Below, in pieces: positions 36,754 to 46,856 of a DNA stretch of 64,000 bases. The position numbers and the translations under genes were made by a program. How positions within the stretch are numbered: position 1 is the first letter of the stretch; each line of letters starts with the position of its first letter. Where the stretch lies: positions 64,001 through 128,000 of the forward strand of contig CAXULY010000009.1 in the NCBI GenBank assembly GCA_964252075.1, read 5' to 3'. The DNA comes from an uncultured Deinococcaceae bacterium. Lineage in GTDB: Bacteria > Deinococcota > Deinococci > Deinococcales > Deinococcaceae. The notes under the pieces are model-generated. The model searched no databases. It was not told where the DNA came from and worked only from the letters and a program-made list of their open reading frames with translations.

Positions 36754-37450
36754 GGAACAGCGTGCGGGCGCGCGTCCAGCCGTCCCGCCAGCCGAGGGGC
36801 CGCAGGTTCAGGTCGCGCAGGGGCACCGGGTGAAAGCCACGCGCGCGCAGATCCGGCAGCAGGGCGTCCAGCAACGCCACGGTGCGGGCGGGCCCGTCGT
36901 GCAGCAGGATCACGCTGCCGCCCCGGGCGCGGGCGAGCACCGCGCGCGCGAGGGCCTGCGGGGGTTGGTCCAGCCAGTCGCACGACTCCACGTCCCAGAG
37001 GGCCACCTGACGCCCGGCGCGCCGCACGAGCCAGCGCGTGAGGGGCGAGTGCGCGCCCCACGGCGGGCGGTACAGGCGGCCGTGCGGCGTGGGGTGCCAG
37101 CGCACCTGCGCCCATTCCGCCCAGGGGGTGAGGGTGAGGGCGTGGCGGTGCCGCGCGCCGTGCGACTCCAGCTGGTGCCCGGCGGCCTGCAGGGCGCGCA
37201 GGGCGTCCGGGTGCGCGGCGCAGGCGTCCCCGTTCACGAAGAAGGTGGCGGTCACGCCGTGACGGGCGAGTGCGGCCAGCACGTCGGGCGTGCGCTCACC
37301 CGGCCCGTCGTCGAACGTGAGGGCCACGCGGGTGTCCGTGCGCGCGCCGTGCGCGAGCGCGCCGACGCCCAGCACCCGCCCGAGCAGGTCCGCGAGCAGG
37401 ACCGCCAGCGCCACCGCCGTGAGGCCCAGCGCCAGGGGGCGCTTAATCAT
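36734..37450 (-). CDS. Polysaccharide deacetylase (NodB/CE4), membrane-anchored
   Basis: [25 protein letters not shown]. Confidence 0.92.
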   Translation of the reverse strand: MIKRPLALGLTAVALAVLLADLLGRVLGVGALAHGARTDTRVALTFDDGPGERTPDVLAALARHGVTATFFVNGDACAAHPDALRALQAAGHQLESHGARHRHALTLTPWAEWAQVRWHPTPHGRLYRPPWGAHSPLTRWLVRRAGRQVALWDVESCDWLDQPPQALARAVLARARGGSVILLHDGPARTVALLDALLPDLRARGFHPVPLRDLNLRPLGWRDGWTRARTLFLTPAPR

Positions 37451-38648
37451 CCGCGGCGTCCGGCAGGGCGGGCGGAGACATGCGCGTGTAGAACAGCGCG
37501 GCGAGCAGCATGATAGCGGCGCCCAGCAGGAAGGGCGCACGCAGCCCGAAGTGATCCCAGGCGAGCGAGCCGAGCAGCGGGCCGCTGGCGGTGCCGAGGT
37601 TCTCGAAGGTCATGACGGCGCCCCACCCGACCGTGCGGCGCGATTCCGGCAGGGCGCGGGCCACCATGCCGCCCCAGCCAGGCACGATGCAGGCGTACCC
37701 GAAGCCCGCCGTGGCGGCCAGCGCGAAGTACGCCCACAGCGGCGGCAGCGTGGCGATCAGGCCGAGGCTCGCGGCGGCCACGAACAGGCCGAGCGCCAGC
37801 ACGAGGCGCGGTGAGCGGCGGTCCGCGAGGCGCCCCGTGACGCTCAGCAGGCCGTACGCGGCGGCCGCGCCGACCACCATGACGCCCACCAATCCGTACC
37901 CCTGGAGGCCCACGCGGCGTGCGAAGAGCGCGATGACGGGCCCCAGCAGTGTGAGGGCGAGGGTCTGCACGAAGGCGGCGGGCAGCAGCAGGCGCAGGGT
38001 GGGCCACAGGCCGCGCCACGGCACGCGGGCGGCGGCGCGTCGCTCCTCGCGCGAGGGGCGCGCCTCGCCGAGGGACAGGGCGGCCAGCAGCGCCGCGAGG
38101 GCCTGCGCGGCGACCATCAGGGCGGGCGCGAGGAGCGCGCCGCCCCAGCGGGCGTCCGCCAGCCCGAAGGTGCCGAGGCCCAGGAACCCCAGGCCGATGA
38201 AGGGCGCGACCGCCATGTTCGCGAAGCCCACCGCGCGTGCCTGCTCGCTGGGCGCGCTGGCGCTGCTTGCGAGCGTCATGGCGCCCGGCCACAGGGGACT
38301 CACGGCGAGGCCGTGTACAACGGCCAGCACCGCCAGCAGCGCAGCGCTGTGTGTGCGGCTGGCGAGCAGCACCGCCAGCACCGCGAGCAGACTCCCAGCG
38401 AGCGCGACGCGCGACCAGCCGTACCGCGCCACGAGGTACCCGCCCACGCCGCGCGCGAGGGTGTCCGCGAGGTAATGCAGGGTCCAGGCGAGGCCCACCA
38501 CGCTCAGCCCGAGGCCGAGCTCCTGCGCGCGGGCGGGCAGGTACGCGGCGTACAGCCCTGTCCGCACAAACTCCGCGAGGCCCAGCGTGAGGAGCGCGCG
38601 CGCGACCGCCCCGAGCGCGGGGCGCGGCCACGGCAGGGCCCTCAGCAC
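37443..38648 (-). CDS. MFS transporter, LtaA (glycolipid flippase)-like
   Basis: 12 [17 protein letters not shown] and SPLWP resemble recalled LtaA motifs (EFAR, AFSIHFIAD, SPIW). Confidence 0.8.
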   Translation of the reverse strand: MLRALPWPRPALGAVARALLTLGLAEFVRTGLYAAYLPARAQELGLGLSVVGLAWTLHYLADTLARGVGGYLVARYGWSRVALAGSLLAVLAVLLASRTHSAALLAVLAVVHGLAVSPLWPGAMTLASSASAPSEQARAVGFANMAVAPFIGLGFLGLGTFGLADARWGGALLAPALMVAAQALAALLAALSLGEARPSREERRAAARVPWRGLWPTLRLLLPAAFVQTLALTLLGPVIALFARRVGLQGYGLVGVMVVGAAAAYGLLSVTGRLADRRSPRLVLALGLFVAAASLGLIATLPPLWAYFALAATAGFGYACIVPGWGGMVARALPESRRTVGWGAVMTFENLGTASGPLLGSLAWDHFGLRAPFLLGAAIMLLAALFYTRMSPPALPDAADD

Positions 38649-38719
38649 GCTGGAGGGCGCGACGTGACCGCGCGCCCCTCCCCTGCGCGTGCCGGGTGCT
38701 TTACGCTGGGCGCGTGCGC

Positions 38720-39379
38720 ATGTCGGTGGTGGTGCCCGCCCGCAACGAGCAGGATCGCCTGCCGGCCCTGCTGGCTGCGCTCGCCCGTCAGTCCCGCGTC
38801 CCGGACGAGGTGATCGTGGTGGACAACGCCAGTGCGGACGCCACGGCGGGCGTGGCGCGCGCGTGGGGCGCGCGCGTGGTGGTGTGCCCCGTGCCGGGCG
38901 TGGCGGGCGCGCGGCAGGCGGGTCTGCTTGCGGCGACTGGCGACTGGGTGGTGAGCACCGACGCGGACTCCACGCCCGGCGCCGCTTGGCTGGCGCGCCT
39001 GGAGGCGCACGCGGTGGGCGCGGTGGCGCTGTACGGCCCCCTGCGCTTCAGCGAGGTGCACCCCCTCACGGCGCGCGCGTCGGAGGTGGGGTACCGGGCG
39101 TTCCTGGCGGCGTGCGCGCACCTGGGACGACCGAACCTCGCGGGCGCGAACATGGCCTTCACGCGCTCGGCGGCGCTCGCGGTGGGCGGCTGGCCGCAGC
39201 AGGAGGCCCGCGAGGACGTGGACCTCGGCCTGCGGCTGGCGCGCCTGGGGCCGCTGCGGTACGTGCCGGACGCCCTGGTGGAGACGTCCGCGCGGCGGTT
39301 GAGGGGCGGGTGGGGGCGGTTCCTGTGGCAGCAAGCGCGCAGCCTCAACGGTCGAACGTCAGGGTATTTCGACCCTTGA
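38720..39379 (+). CDS. Glycosyltransferase family 2
   Basis: [33 protein letters not shown]. Confidence 0.9.
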   Translation: MSVVVPARNEQDRLPALLAALARQSRVPDEVIVVDNASADATAGVARAWGARVVVCPVPGVAGARQAGLLAATGDWVVSTDADSTPGAAWLARLEAHAVGAVALYGPLRFSEVHPLTARASEVGYRAFLAACAHLGRPNLAGANMAFTRSAALAVGGWPQQEAREDVDLGLRLARLGPLRYVPDALVETSARRLRGGWGRFLWQQARSLNGRTSGYFDP

Positions 39380-40538
39380 AGTCCAGCGGCACGACCCCGC
39401 GCTGCTGGCGCCCCCCGTCCAGCAGTTCCTGGTAGAAGTCCAGCATGCGCTGCGCCATCTGGCTGGCGCTGGAGCCGGACGCGAAGGCGCGCGCACCCTG
39501 CGCGCGCGCCGCGCGGCGCGCGGGGTCCGAGAGCAGGGCGTTCACCTCGCGCGCCAGGGCGGCCTCGTCGCCGGGCGCGACGAGCGACCCGCTCACGCCG
39601 TGATGCACGCCGCCCAGCGTGCCCTGCGCGCCCACCGCGACGACCGGCACGCCCACAACCTGCGCTTCCAGCAGCACGAGGCCCTGCGTTTCGGTGTCGC
39701 TCGCGAAACAGAACACCTCCGCCATGCGGTAGTACGCGCCAATCTCGTCGTAGGGCACGGCCCCCAGGAAGGTCACGGCGTTCGCGATGCCGAGCGCGTC
39801 CGCTTCGGCGCGCAGTTCGGCCGCCTGAGGTCCGTCCCCGATCACGACGAGGTGCGCGTCGTGGTTGCGCCGGATGGCGACGAGCGTGCGCAGCAGCACG
39901 TCCATGCGTTTCTCGCGCCCCAGGCGTCCCACCGTGAGGAGGCGGCGCGCCCCGGCAGGCCAGGGGGAGGGCCGCTCGGGCGCCTCGCGCAGCACCGCGG
40001 CGTCCACGCCGGAGGGCAGCACGCGGGCGGGCCGCAGCACCCCGTAGCCCTCCAGGATGCAGCGGCTCTCCACGCTGGGCGCCACGATGAGGTCCGCGCG
40101 GGAGTAGAAGTGCCGTGCGATGCGCGCCACCGTCTGCGTGTGGCGGTTCACGCGTTCGAGGCCCGGCACGTAGTGCGTGTAGGCCTCGAAGTGCGTGTGG
40201 AAGGTCGAGACGTGCGGCGCGTTCATGCGCCGCGCGAGCCGCGCGCCCCACCAGCCCACCACCCACGGGGTGTGCGTGTGCACCACGTCGAAGTGACCGG
40301 GCAGGCGACGGCGCAGCGGCAGGCTCACGCGCTGGCGCGGCACGCCCGGCATGGGAAGGCTCGGGACGCGCACCACGCCGGAGGGGTCGTCCGTGGTGGC
40401 GGGCGTGGCGGGCGCGATCACCCACACGCTGTGCCCGCGCCGGCGCAACTCGCGCTGCAGCAGCAGCACGCTGGTTGAGACGCCGTTGGGGTCCGGGAGG
40501 AACACGTCCGTGAACAGCCCCACGCGCAGTGGATTCAC
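39345..40538 (-). CDS. Glycosyltransferase family 4 (diacylglycerol glucosyltransferase-like)
   Basis: [42 protein letters not shown]. Confidence 0.9.
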   Translation of the reverse strand: MNPLRVGLFTDVFLPDPNGVSTSVLLLQRELRRRGHSVWVIAPATPATTDDPSGVVRVPSLPMPGVPRQRVSLPLRRRLPGHFDVVHTHTPWVVGWWGARLARRMNAPHVSTFHTHFEAYTHYVPGLERVNRHTQTVARIARHFYSRADLIVAPSVESRCILEGYGVLRPARVLPSGVDAAVLREAPERPSPWPAGARRLLTVGRLGREKRMDVLLRTLVAIRRNHDAHLVVIGDGPQAAELRAEADALGIANAVTFLGAVPYDEIGAYYRMAEVFCFASDTETQGLVLLEAQVVGVPVVAVGAQGTLGGVHHGVSGSLVAPGDEAALAREVNALLSDPARRAARAQGARAFASGSSASQMAQRMLDFYQELLDGGRQQRGVVPLDFKGRNTLTFDR

Positions 40539-40764
40539 GCGCGTCCCCCTGGGGTTCTGGACCTGCGGCCAATGGTCAGCACGGGGCGGCGGCCCCACAG
40601 CTCAGTGTCTCGTTGCTCGCCCACGTCATGCTCGCCCCCTGTCTACGCCTGCATGGTCTGCGGGGCGTAATGCGAACCTCATGCTCGCCCAAGCATGACA
40701 TGTCAGCGGGGGGGCGTGCATCCTCCCTTTGATGGAGTCGGGCTCACCCGGAGAAAAATAAGAA

Positions 40765-40788
40765 GACCCCGCCGGTACCGGCGGGGTC
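40765..40788 (-). terminator. Terminator of tRNA-Ala
   Basis: GACCCCGCCGG-ta-CCGGCGGGGTC followed by a T-rich tail on the minus strand. Confidence 0.75.
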
Positions 40789-40794
40789 CTGTTC

Positions 40795-40870
<76 letters not shown>

Positions 40871-40881
40871 AGAGCTCAGAT

Positions 40882-40910
40882 AGGTTAGCAGCGACCCTGG
40901 GCCTTGTCAA
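40882..40910 (-). promoter_or_regulatory. Sigma70 promoter of tRNA-Ala
   Basis: TTGACA-17 bp-TAACCT on the minus strand. Confidence 0.8.
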
Positions 40911-40958
40911 CACGAATGTGCGCCCGGTGCGGTCACCGACGCCCGGCATAATGAGCCC

Positions 40959-41336
40959 ATGATGAACGAAGGGCAAAGAACCGGCTGGCTCACGGGCGCC
41001 CTGTGCCTCGCCGCGCTGCTGTGCGGCGGCTGGGCGCTCTGGCCCAGCCTGCAGCCCACGCCGCACGCCCCCACCGTGACGCGCCACGACCTGCCCACCG
41101 CCGACGCCACCCCGGACGCCGCGCCGCCCGCCACCGCCAGCATTCGCGCGGTGGGCCGCGTGCGCCTGAACACCGCCAGCGAGGCGGACATCGAGGACCT
41201 GCCGGGCGTCGGGCCGAAGATGGCCGCGCGCCTCATTGCGGGCCGCCCCTACGCCACCCTGGCGGACGTGGACCGCGTGAAGGGCGTCGGGCCGAAGATG
41301 CTGGCGCAACTCGCGCCGCTGGTGCAGGTGCCGTGA
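40959..41336 (+). CDS. comEA: ComEA family DNA-binding (HhH) competence protein
   Basis: TM anchor; [24 protein letters not shown] double HhH; directly upstream of comEC. Confidence 0.9.
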   Translation: MMNEGQRTGWLTGALCLAALLCGGWALWPSLQPTPHAPTVTRHDLPTADATPDAAPPATASIRAVGRVRLNTASEADIEDLPGVGPKMAARLIAGRPYATLADVDRVKGVGPKMLAQLAPLVQVP

Positions 41337-43048
41337 CGGAACTCGGGCGTCAGGGTGGCGAACCGCGCGCCGCCCAGCCGGCCACCACGCCGCTCGCGCC
41401 GGTCTTCCCGCTGAGCTGGCCGGTGCCGCTGGCGCTCGGCGTCATCGCGGGCGCGCTGCTGGGCTTCGGGCTGTGGTGGGGCCTGCTCGTGGCCCTCGCG
41501 CCTATGGCACTCGCCGCGCGCTTCCGGGCGTGGCCGCTGGTGGCGCTGTGCCTGCTGGGCGTGAGCGTGGGCGCGCTGCGGGAACGCCAGTGGTGGCTCG
41601 CCCCGGACGCCACGGCGCCCTGGCTGGGCCAGCAGGTGACCGTGCAGGGCGACTGGGACGGGCAGTTCCTGCACCTCCGGACGCCCGATGCGCGCGTCGC
41701 GCTGCGCCCACGCCCCACCCTTGAGCCCGGCACGCTCACCGTGCGGGGGCGTCTGGTGCGCCCAGAGGGGCGGCGCATTCCCGGCGGCTTCGACGACGCC
41801 TTCTGGCTGCGCGTGCAGGGCGTGCGGGCGGTGTTGGCGGGCGCGCAGGTGCGGCGCAGCGCCCCCGCGGGCGGCCTGCGCGGGTGGTTCCGGCGCGGGC
41901 TCAGCGTGGGCCTCGACGACCGCCGGGCCGCCCTCATGACCGCCATCGAGCTGGGCGACAAGGGTGACCTCGCCGCGCAGACCTTCGAGGACGGCGCGGA
42001 CATCCAGCAGGCCTTCGCACGCGCCGGACTGGCGCACCTCATGGCCCTCAGCGGCCAGAACGTCGCGATCCTCGTGACCGCCCTGACGTTCCTGCTCGCC
42101 CGCACGCGCCTCAAGCTGTGGCGTTACCCGCTGCTGCTCGCGGCGCTCATGGGGTACCTGTGGCTGGTCGGTCCCAGCCCCAGCGTGACGCGCGCAGTCA
42201 TCATGGCGGGCCTCGCGGTGCTCGGGCTGTGGGTGGGGCGCGGGCGGCTGGACCTCTTCGCGGTGCTGGGCCTCGCCGCCACCGGGAGCCTGATGTGGCA
42301 CCCCGGCTGGCTCTTCGACGTGGGCTTCCAGCTGTCGTTCCTCGCGGTGCTGGGCCTCACGCTCTCCGGGCGCCTCGCGGCGCGCCTGCCCCCGCGCTGG
42401 CCGCGGTGGCTGCGCTACGGCCTGAGCGCCACCGTGCTCGCCGAGGCGGCCACCCTGCCCGTGAGCGCCGGCGCCTTCCATCAGGTGTCCCTCGTGAACC
42501 TGCCCGCCAACCTGCTCGCCGAGCCCCTCATGGCAGCGCTCGTCCCGCTGGGCTTCGTGGCGGGCCTGCTCGGGCCGCTCGCCGCACCCCTGAACGCCCT
42601 CACCGGCCTGCTCGCCAACGCCCTCCTGACCCTGGCCGGGACCGCCGGGCGCCTCCCGACGCTGCCGTGGGGCACGGTCGGCGCGGCGGGCTTCGCGGCG
42701 TACGCGGTGTTCGCACTGGCCGGCGCGCTGTGGCTCACCGGGCGCCTGCCCGCGCGCGGCCTGCTGGCCGTCACGCTGCTGTGCACGCTCGGCACCGCGC
42801 TGCCCGCCCGGCTGCACCCCACGCGCGAGGTGGTGTACCTGGACGTCGGGCAGGGCGACAGCACCCTGCTGCGCCTGGATGGCCTCACGGTCCTCGTGGA
42901 CGGCGGCGGCACCCCACGCGGCGACTACGATGTCGGCGCCGGCACCGTCGTCCCCGCCCTGAGGGCCATGGGGGTGAACCGCCTGGACACCATCGTGGCC
43001 ACCCACGCTGTCTCAGCGCGTGACGTTGATCACGCCAGGGGTTTGTAG
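41333..43048 (+). pseudogene. comEC: ComEC/Rec2 DNA uptake channel, 5' part, interrupted by the prophage in its MBL domain
   Basis: Competence domain ([27 protein letters not shown]); MBL start [19 protein letters not shown], then 11 more residues and a stop overlapping the integrase 3' end. Confidence 0.92.
42990..43045. other. Putative left attachment junction
   Basis: comEC homology ends at ..GCCACCCACGCTG; imperfect inverted repeat CCCACGCTG-tct-CAGCGCGTG; integrase stop at 43030-43032. Confidence 0.65.
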
Positions 43049-44514
43049 TCGATCAGCTCCACCGTGACGGGCGGACGCGGCAGCCCGCGCGCCCGGCCCC
43101 GGCTCTCGCCGTGCGCCTTGCCCACGATGCCGTAACGGTCCAGCAGCTCGGCGAGCATGGCGGGGGGCGCGCGCCGCGCGAGGTCCGCGAGGTGCGACAG
43201 GTCCGGGATCTCCACGGCGTCCGGCACCACCTGGGGGACCGGCGCGAGTGAGCGCACGCGCGCGGTGAGCGCCGCGTACTGGGCTTCGTAGGCGGGGCGG
43301 CTCACCAGTCCCTTCAGGCGGAGGTCCAGCAGCTCCGCCAGCATGGCTTCCGCGTCTGCGCGTTCCTGCGCGTGCGGGTCTTCGGGCGGCGCGCCCACGA
43401 ACGCTGCGCGGATGCGCAGCGGGTCCTGGCGGTTCGTGAACAGCTCCGCCAGCGCCTCGAGGTACGCGGCCTCCAGGGCGTCCGCGTTCCACAATCGCCG
43501 AATCTTGCCGTTGCTGGGGCAGGTGGGCGTGCCGCGGTGCGTGGAGCCGCACATGTAGTAGCGGTGCACGGTGTGGGTCTCGCGCGCGACGGGCGGCTGA
43601 AAGCCCTGCAGCCGGTTCCCACAGGTGCACACCACGTGCCCGGTGAGCGGGTACTTGTCCGGGTTCGTGTGGCTGCGGTACCCGGTACCGCGCGCCTGGA
43701 CGCGCGCCCACTGCTCCGGATGGATGAGGGGCGGCACGGGAATCACGATGCGTTCCCGGTCCTGGCGGTACACCAGCTCGCCCTTGTACGCAGGGTTGCG
43801 CAGCAGGGCGTGCACGGTCGTGTTGTCCCAGGTCTTCAGGCCGCGCGGGCTGGCGTGCCCCTCCGCCTCGAGGTGCCCCGCGATGGCGCGCAGCGGCAGG
43901 GTCTCGCGCAGCTGGTACAGGCGGCGGATGGCGCGCGCCTCCACCTCATCCCACACGGGGCGCCCGTCCTCATCGGCGGTGAGGGCGTGCGGCAGGGCCA
44001 TGCTGCCCTGCGGGAGTCTCCCCTCCCGCGCGGCCTGCAACCGGCCCAGCTCGCTGCGCTCGCGCATCTGCTCGGATTCCATGAGGGCCAGCTCCGCGAG
44101 GATCACCAGCAGCAGCCGCCCCGTGGGCGTGCTGGAGTCCAGCTGCTCTTTCAGGAGCACCAGGCGCGCGCCCGCCTGCTGGATGCGCTCCACCAGGGCG
44201 AGCGTTTGCATGGCGCCGCCGCGCGCGAGGCGCGACAGGGCGTAGGTGGCCACGGTGTCCCCGGGCCGCACCTGCGTCAGCAGCGCCTCGAGGCCGGGCC
44301 GCAGGTTGTGCCGCCCGCTGATCCCGGCATCCTCGAAGATGGGTTCCACCAACTCCAGCCGCTGGTACTCCGCCCACCGCCGCAGCTCATGCGCCTGCGC
44401 GGCCAGGCTGTAGCCTTCCTCCGCCTGCGCGCCGGTGGACACGCGCGTGTAGCCCAGCACCCGCCCGGAGGTGGGCGCCGGGTCAGCAGTCTGCTTCGAG
44501 CGTGCGCTGGGCAT
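43030..44514 (-). CDS. Large serine recombinase (phage integrase)
   Basis: [10 protein letters not shown] catalytic Ser, LSRLAR, recombinase domain (LRNPAYKG), zinc ribbon CTCG..YYMC..TC. Confidence 0.95.
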   Translation of the reverse strand: MPSARSKQTADPAPTSGRVLGYTRVSTGAQAEEGYSLAAQAHELRRWAEYQRLELVEPIFEDAGISGRHNLRPGLEALLTQVRPGDTVATYALSRLARGGAMQTLALVERIQQAGARLVLLKEQLDSSTPTGRLLLVILAELALMESEQMRERSELGRLQAAREGRLPQGSMALPHALTADEDGRPVWDEVEARAIRRLYQLRETLPLRAIAGHLEAEGHASPRGLKTWDNTTVHALLRNPAYKGELVYRQDRERIVIPVPPLIHPEQWARVQARGTGYRSHTNPDKYPLTGHVVCTCGNRLQGFQPPVARETHTVHRYYMCGSTHRGTPTCPSNGKIRRLWNADALEAAYLEALAELFTNRQDPLRIRAAFVGAPPEDPHAQERADAEAMLAELLDLRLKGLVSRPAYEAQYAALTARVRSLAPVPQVVPDAVEIPDLSHLADLARRAPPAMLAELLDRYGIVGKAHGESRGRARGLPRPPVTVELIDYKPLA

Positions 44515-45203
44515 CAGTTTGCGGGGAACGGTACGCCGTTCCGAATCGTGATGACGCCCCGACCAAAGTCCAAGCCTATGTAGTCAAACGCGCGATGTTC
44601 ACCCTTAAGAAACATCTCAACAAGGCTGCCCGAGTTGGCTTTTACTGGAGTCAACGTATTATTAAAGAACAAAGGCTGAATATCTCCCCCGTCAACCTTG
44701 ACTCCAATCGCCACTTGATCAAGCAATTTCCCATACGGCTCATAAGCAAGTTTTATTTGTCCATTATCGAGCGTAAAAAACACGCGGGCCTGATACCAGT
44801 CCTGTCTGATATTTGGATAAACATATCCGCCTGCGTAAGCCAGCACAATTGCATTGGGCGTCGCCTCGAAACTCCCTCCATCACCTCTAAAGGGTGAAAC
44901 GACAAGGGGCAGTATTTTGCTTATTGGTCCCTCAATCTTGAATTCGTCGTGGGTCGATGACGCCACCACCCCATTGCAGTTGTACTCATATGGCAGAACC
45001 ACATAATCCGTTTTCGCGGGATCAGGAAACTTAGCTGGGGTTGTCAAATAAGCGCTCGCCAGAACAATCTCATTTCCTCTATCGAATGAAATCAAATCCA
45101 ACGAACGATAGCCAAACCGCACTTGCTTGTCACATGGGACGATCTGCTGAGCCCCTGCGCTGGCGAGCATGACGAAAAGGGAAACCATCGCGAGCGGTTT
45201 CAT
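44514..45203 (-). CDS. Low-GC secreted protein of unknown function in the immunity operon
   Basis: Signal peptide MKPLAMVSLFVMLASAGA; SD GGAGG; clearly lower GC; stop overlaps the integrase start (TGATG). Confidence 0.8.
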   Translation of the reverse strand: MKPLAMVSLFVMLASAGAQQIVPCDKQVRFGYRSLDLISFDRGNEIVLASAYLTTPAKFPDPAKTDYVVLPYEYNCNGVVASSTHDEFKIEGPISKILPLVVSPFRGDGGSFEATPNAIVLAYAGGYVYPNIRQDWYQARVFFTLDNGQIKLAYEPYGKLLDQVAIGVKVDGGDIQPLFFNNTLTPVKANSGSLVEMFLKGEHRAFDYIGLDFGRGVITIRNGVPFPAN

Positions 45204-45211
45204 ATGACCTC

Positions 45212-45850
45212 CTAGGGCACGAACATGCCCACCATGCCCACGCCCGGCACCGTGATCACCTTGGCCTGAGGCAGCACCTGGTTCACTTCCGGCACGCGGT
45301 CGTGAGGTCGAAAGGGCGCAGGCATGTTGTGCGCCTCCACCTTCTTCACGTAACTGCCCGCCATGACGAAGGCGGCGCGCTCGCCGTCCGGGTCGTCATG
45401 CGCCCAGCGCGTCAGGATGGTGTCTACCGAAACGCGCGCCTCCCGGCGCGCGTCCATCAGCCCCGCAGGGCCGTACCCGTTGGCTCTCAGGGCGCGTTGC
45501 AGCACGGGCCGCGGCACCTGGAGCACGCCCATCGTGAGGCGGCACAGCCGCTCAACCATCCGCCGCGCCTCTTGGTCGTCGGCCACGGTGGACATGACGT
45601 CATCTTCAATGCCAGTCAGCAGCACGATGAGGTGCGCGATTTCGTGGAAGGCCTGCGCGCTGCGGGACCAGCCGATCACGTCTGGGGCCAGCACGATGCT
45701 GGGCGGTGGGCCGGGCACGACCGAGCTGCGTTCGCCGAGTCGTATTCCGATGCCCAGGCGCTGGCAGATGCGGTGAATGTTGCGGTCGTAGTCCACCCTG
45801 CGGTGCAATCGGTCCGCGACCTGCACGCACGCGCCTGACCAGTCGTCCAT
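45212..45850 (-). CDS. ImmA/IrrE family zinc metallopeptidase (IrrE/PprI-like)
   Basis: FHEIAH (HExxH), downstream ERLC..LQVP, HTH-like ARVSVDTILTRWA, short C-terminal domain. Confidence 0.85.
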   Translation of the reverse strand: MDDWSGACVQVADRLHRRVDYDRNIHRICQRLGIGIRLGERSSVVPGPPPSIVLAPDVIGWSRSAQAFHEIAHLIVLLTGIEDDVMSTVADDQEARRMVERLCRLTMGVLQVPRPVLQRALRANGYGPAGLMDARREARVSVDTILTRWAHDDPDGERAAFVMAGSYVKKVEAHNMPAPFRPHDRVPEVNQVLPQAKVITVPGVGMVGMFVP

Positions 45851-46359
45851 CAGTTGTCCTTCTCCAGCCACTTCCTGATGGACAGGTAGAAGGCCAGCCA
45901 TTCCTTCGGTGTCTGAGGTGTGTTGTAAAAGCGGGCGTTGCTGAGCTGGTACCGCACATGCTCGGTGCGGAGTCCCGGCCACTCTTCGCCGTAGCGGTCC
46001 ATCGCCTCCTGCAGCGCCTCCGGCACCTCATAGGAGCGGCGGGCGGGCAGCTGCGGCCGGAACAGGTCTTCCAGGTCGTCATCAGGGCTGGGCGTGTAAA
46101 GCCCGGTTTTCTCGGTCCAGACCTCTCTGCTCCAGCCCAGGACCACACGCAGACCCTCGCGGACTTCCACGGAGGCGCGGGCCAGGGGCGCACGGCCACT
46201 CTCCAGCTTGTTCAGGTAGTCGGCGGTGATGTCCACCCCATACCGTTTCATCTCGGTGATGAACGCGGGGCGGTTCAGACCCAGGTCCAGGCGCCTCTCT
46301 TTGATGAGGTCTCCGTGGGCTTTGGCGCGTGCATCAACGTCGCTCACACCGTCACCCAT
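45850..46359 (-). CDS. XRE-family phage repressor with a DdrO-like C-terminal domain
   Basis: HTH LIKERRLDLGL..ITADYLNKLESGR; C-terminal VPEAL..QLSNARFYNTPQTPKEWLAFYLSIRKWL; divergent from cro; start uncertain (TTG at 46434 possible). Confidence 0.8.
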   Translation of the reverse strand: MGDGVSDVDARAKAHGDLIKERRLDLGLNRPAFITEMKRYGVDITADYLNKLESGRAPLARASVEVREGLRVVLGWSREVWTEKTGLYTPSPDDDLEDLFRPQLPARRSYEVPEALQEAMDRYGEEWPGLRTEHVRYQLSNARFYNTPQTPKEWLAFYLSIRKWLEKDN

Positions 46360-46490
46360 TGGGGCGGTCCAGGCGCTTGATTTCGGTGAGCGAAGGATGA
46401 GGGTCACGAAACCCCATACGGGGAGTGTACTCAAATGGTTCCAGAATGGGCCGAAATGGGGCCTATCTTGGGATCAATCCCTAACTGTTA

Positions 46491-46519
46491 TTGACCCCAT
46501 TTGGATACAGTCGTATTCT
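46491..46519 (+). promoter_or_regulatory. Rightward lytic promoter (leaderless cro transcript)
   Basis: TTGACC-17 bp-TATTCT; ATG 6 nt downstream with no SD. Confidence 0.8.
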
Positions 46520-46525
46520 ATTCCC

Positions 46526-46729
46526 ATGCCAGAGGTGAACACCCCTTCACAGGCGGCGCAGGCCGCGATGAAAGAACGCGGCATTTCTGCCCGCTGGCTG
46601 GCGAAAAAGCTGGGTATGAAGCCGCGCACCGTCCTCGACTTCCTCAATGATCGGCGCGAAACGCGCCCCAGCACGCGCATTTCCATTTGCCGCGAGTTGG
46701 GAATAGATCAAGAACAGAAGGCCTCGTGA
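46526..46729 (+). CDS. Cro-like HTH protein
   Basis: 67 aa, AMKERGISARWLAKKLGMKPRTVLDFLN..ICRELGI. Confidence 0.85.
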   Translation: MPEVNTPSQAAQAAMKERGISARWLAKKLGMKPRTVLDFLNDRRETRPSTRISICRELGIDQEQKAS

Positions 46730-46856
46730 TCGCGGCCCTTCGCCTCTGGTGGGCCCTTCGGCAAGACCGGAACAAGCCCATGACGCCCGCGCAGAAGGTG
46801 GTCTACGACCGCACGCGCGCCGCCGCGCACCAGCAGCCCTTCGGGCGGTTCCACAA

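Noticed and set aside
43011..43048. Phage-supplied replacement 3' end restoring ComEC
   Set aside because: Only about 11 codons precede the stop; most of the MBL domain is still missing
46360..46525. Host RDRM (DdrO box) in the phage switch region
   Set aside because: No convincing match to the recalled 17-bp TTATGT-N5-ACGTAA-like palindrome by eye; a PWM scan would be needed
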